NCBI GenBank assembly: GCA_026025075.1 | Contig: JAPEUI010000079.1 | Location: 62,001 to 84,697 of the forward strand | DNA from: Vezdaea acicularis | Taxonomy: Eukaryota | Length of the DNA stretch: 22,697 nt | Reading direction: 5' to 3' | In this document: positions 22,149 through 22,697 of the stretch, piece by piece | Position numbering within the stretch: position 1 is the first letter of the stretch | Layout of the letters: each line of letters begins with the position of its first letter | Notes under the pieces: generated by a model | What the model was told of the DNA's origin: nothing | The model's database searches: none | What the model saw: the letters and a program-made list of their open reading frames with translations, nothing else | Translations under genes and position numbers: made by a program

Positions 22149-22637
22149 TCAATCGTTATACTAATCAAGAGATACCTATTAAATACCATCTACTATTTGC
22201 TATTTGCTGCCACTACCCTGTGTATCGCATGCGACCATCCCGCTTGAGACTAGTCTGCTGCCTGCCCCTTTGTCTACCTACTACAGAGAAGGAGAAGCGA
22301 CTGTTGGCATCTGAGGAGGGGAGGAAGGAAACGGTCTGCGCCTTCCGCGCTGGATCACGGGGCATTCTTCCCGGGGAACCAGGCAGGTCATCCGATGGAG
22401 CTCTCTTCCCTGCGCGCCTAGCAAAGGAGATTGTGCAGATACGGAAAAAAGCTGGACGCGTTAGGACGCGTCTGCTGGTTTTTTGCTCGGTGAAGGTGGT
22501 GCGTGTGGGTGGTTGCTGTATATACATAGATCGGTGGGAGGAGTTTGGGAGGGTGGAGAAAGGCTGGCAGTGTCACGAACCTACCTTCCCGTGACTTAGC
22601 CTGCGACTCGACTGCGCTTAGCAAGCGCTAGGTATAC

Positions 22638-22697
22638 GTCACGTGACCACCGTCATATAGGAAAGCGGGGAAGCACTGTAGAATAGCTCCTTAGTAT
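22638..22697 (+). repeat. Copy 2 of the 60-bp imperfect direct repeat; runs to the window edge
   Basis: Offset exactly 549 bp from copy 1, with 10 mismatches and no gaps. Confidence 0.85.

Larger units (their letters stand above)
8282..22697 (+). mobile_element. Starship-type tyrosine-recombinase mobile element (captain plus cargo); both boundaries approximate
   Basis: A DUF3435-type captain is the first gene and points into the element. GC content drops visibly relative to 1-8 kb. Dense orphan cargo includes Myb/SANT-like genes toward the far end. A duplicated motif lies at 22089-22148 and 22638-22697. No empty-site comparison was possible. Confidence 0.75.

Noticed and set aside
22226..22255. 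CATGCGACCATCCC resembling the start of fungal 5S rRNA, a known target of some Starships
   Set aside because: The similarity does not extend and the remaining 5S sequence is not visible at either boundary.

Overview
Fungal (Pezizomycotina-type ascomycete) genomic DNA with short GT-AG introns and CTRAC/CTAAY branch points. About 1-8.3 kb is GC-rich host-like sequence. It holds a Q/P-rich, R/E-rich low-complexity gene, a putative secreted Cys-containing protein and a spliced BTB/POZ gene. From about 8.3 kb the sequence is visibly more AT-rich and looks like a compact Starship-type mobile element. It opens with an intact six-exon DUF3435 tyrosine-recombinase 'captain' (8511-10799, 663 aa). A ~690-bp hierarchical (GAC)n/TTGACGAC satellite follows. 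The tightly packed cargo comprises an APH-family kinase overlapped by a convergent coiled-coil ORF, a secreted DUF7492-like protein with an N-terminal His (LPMO-like), two Myb/SANT-like proteins, a small secreted six-Cys protein, two more coiled-coil proteins, a pseudokinase and a Cys/His-rich protein. At the right, a 60-bp motif occurs twice 549 bp apart (22089-22148 and 22638-22697), a candidate duplicated element end. Gene models were spliced by hand. Family calls come from motif recognition, not database searches. Element boundaries are inferred and the element may continue past the window.
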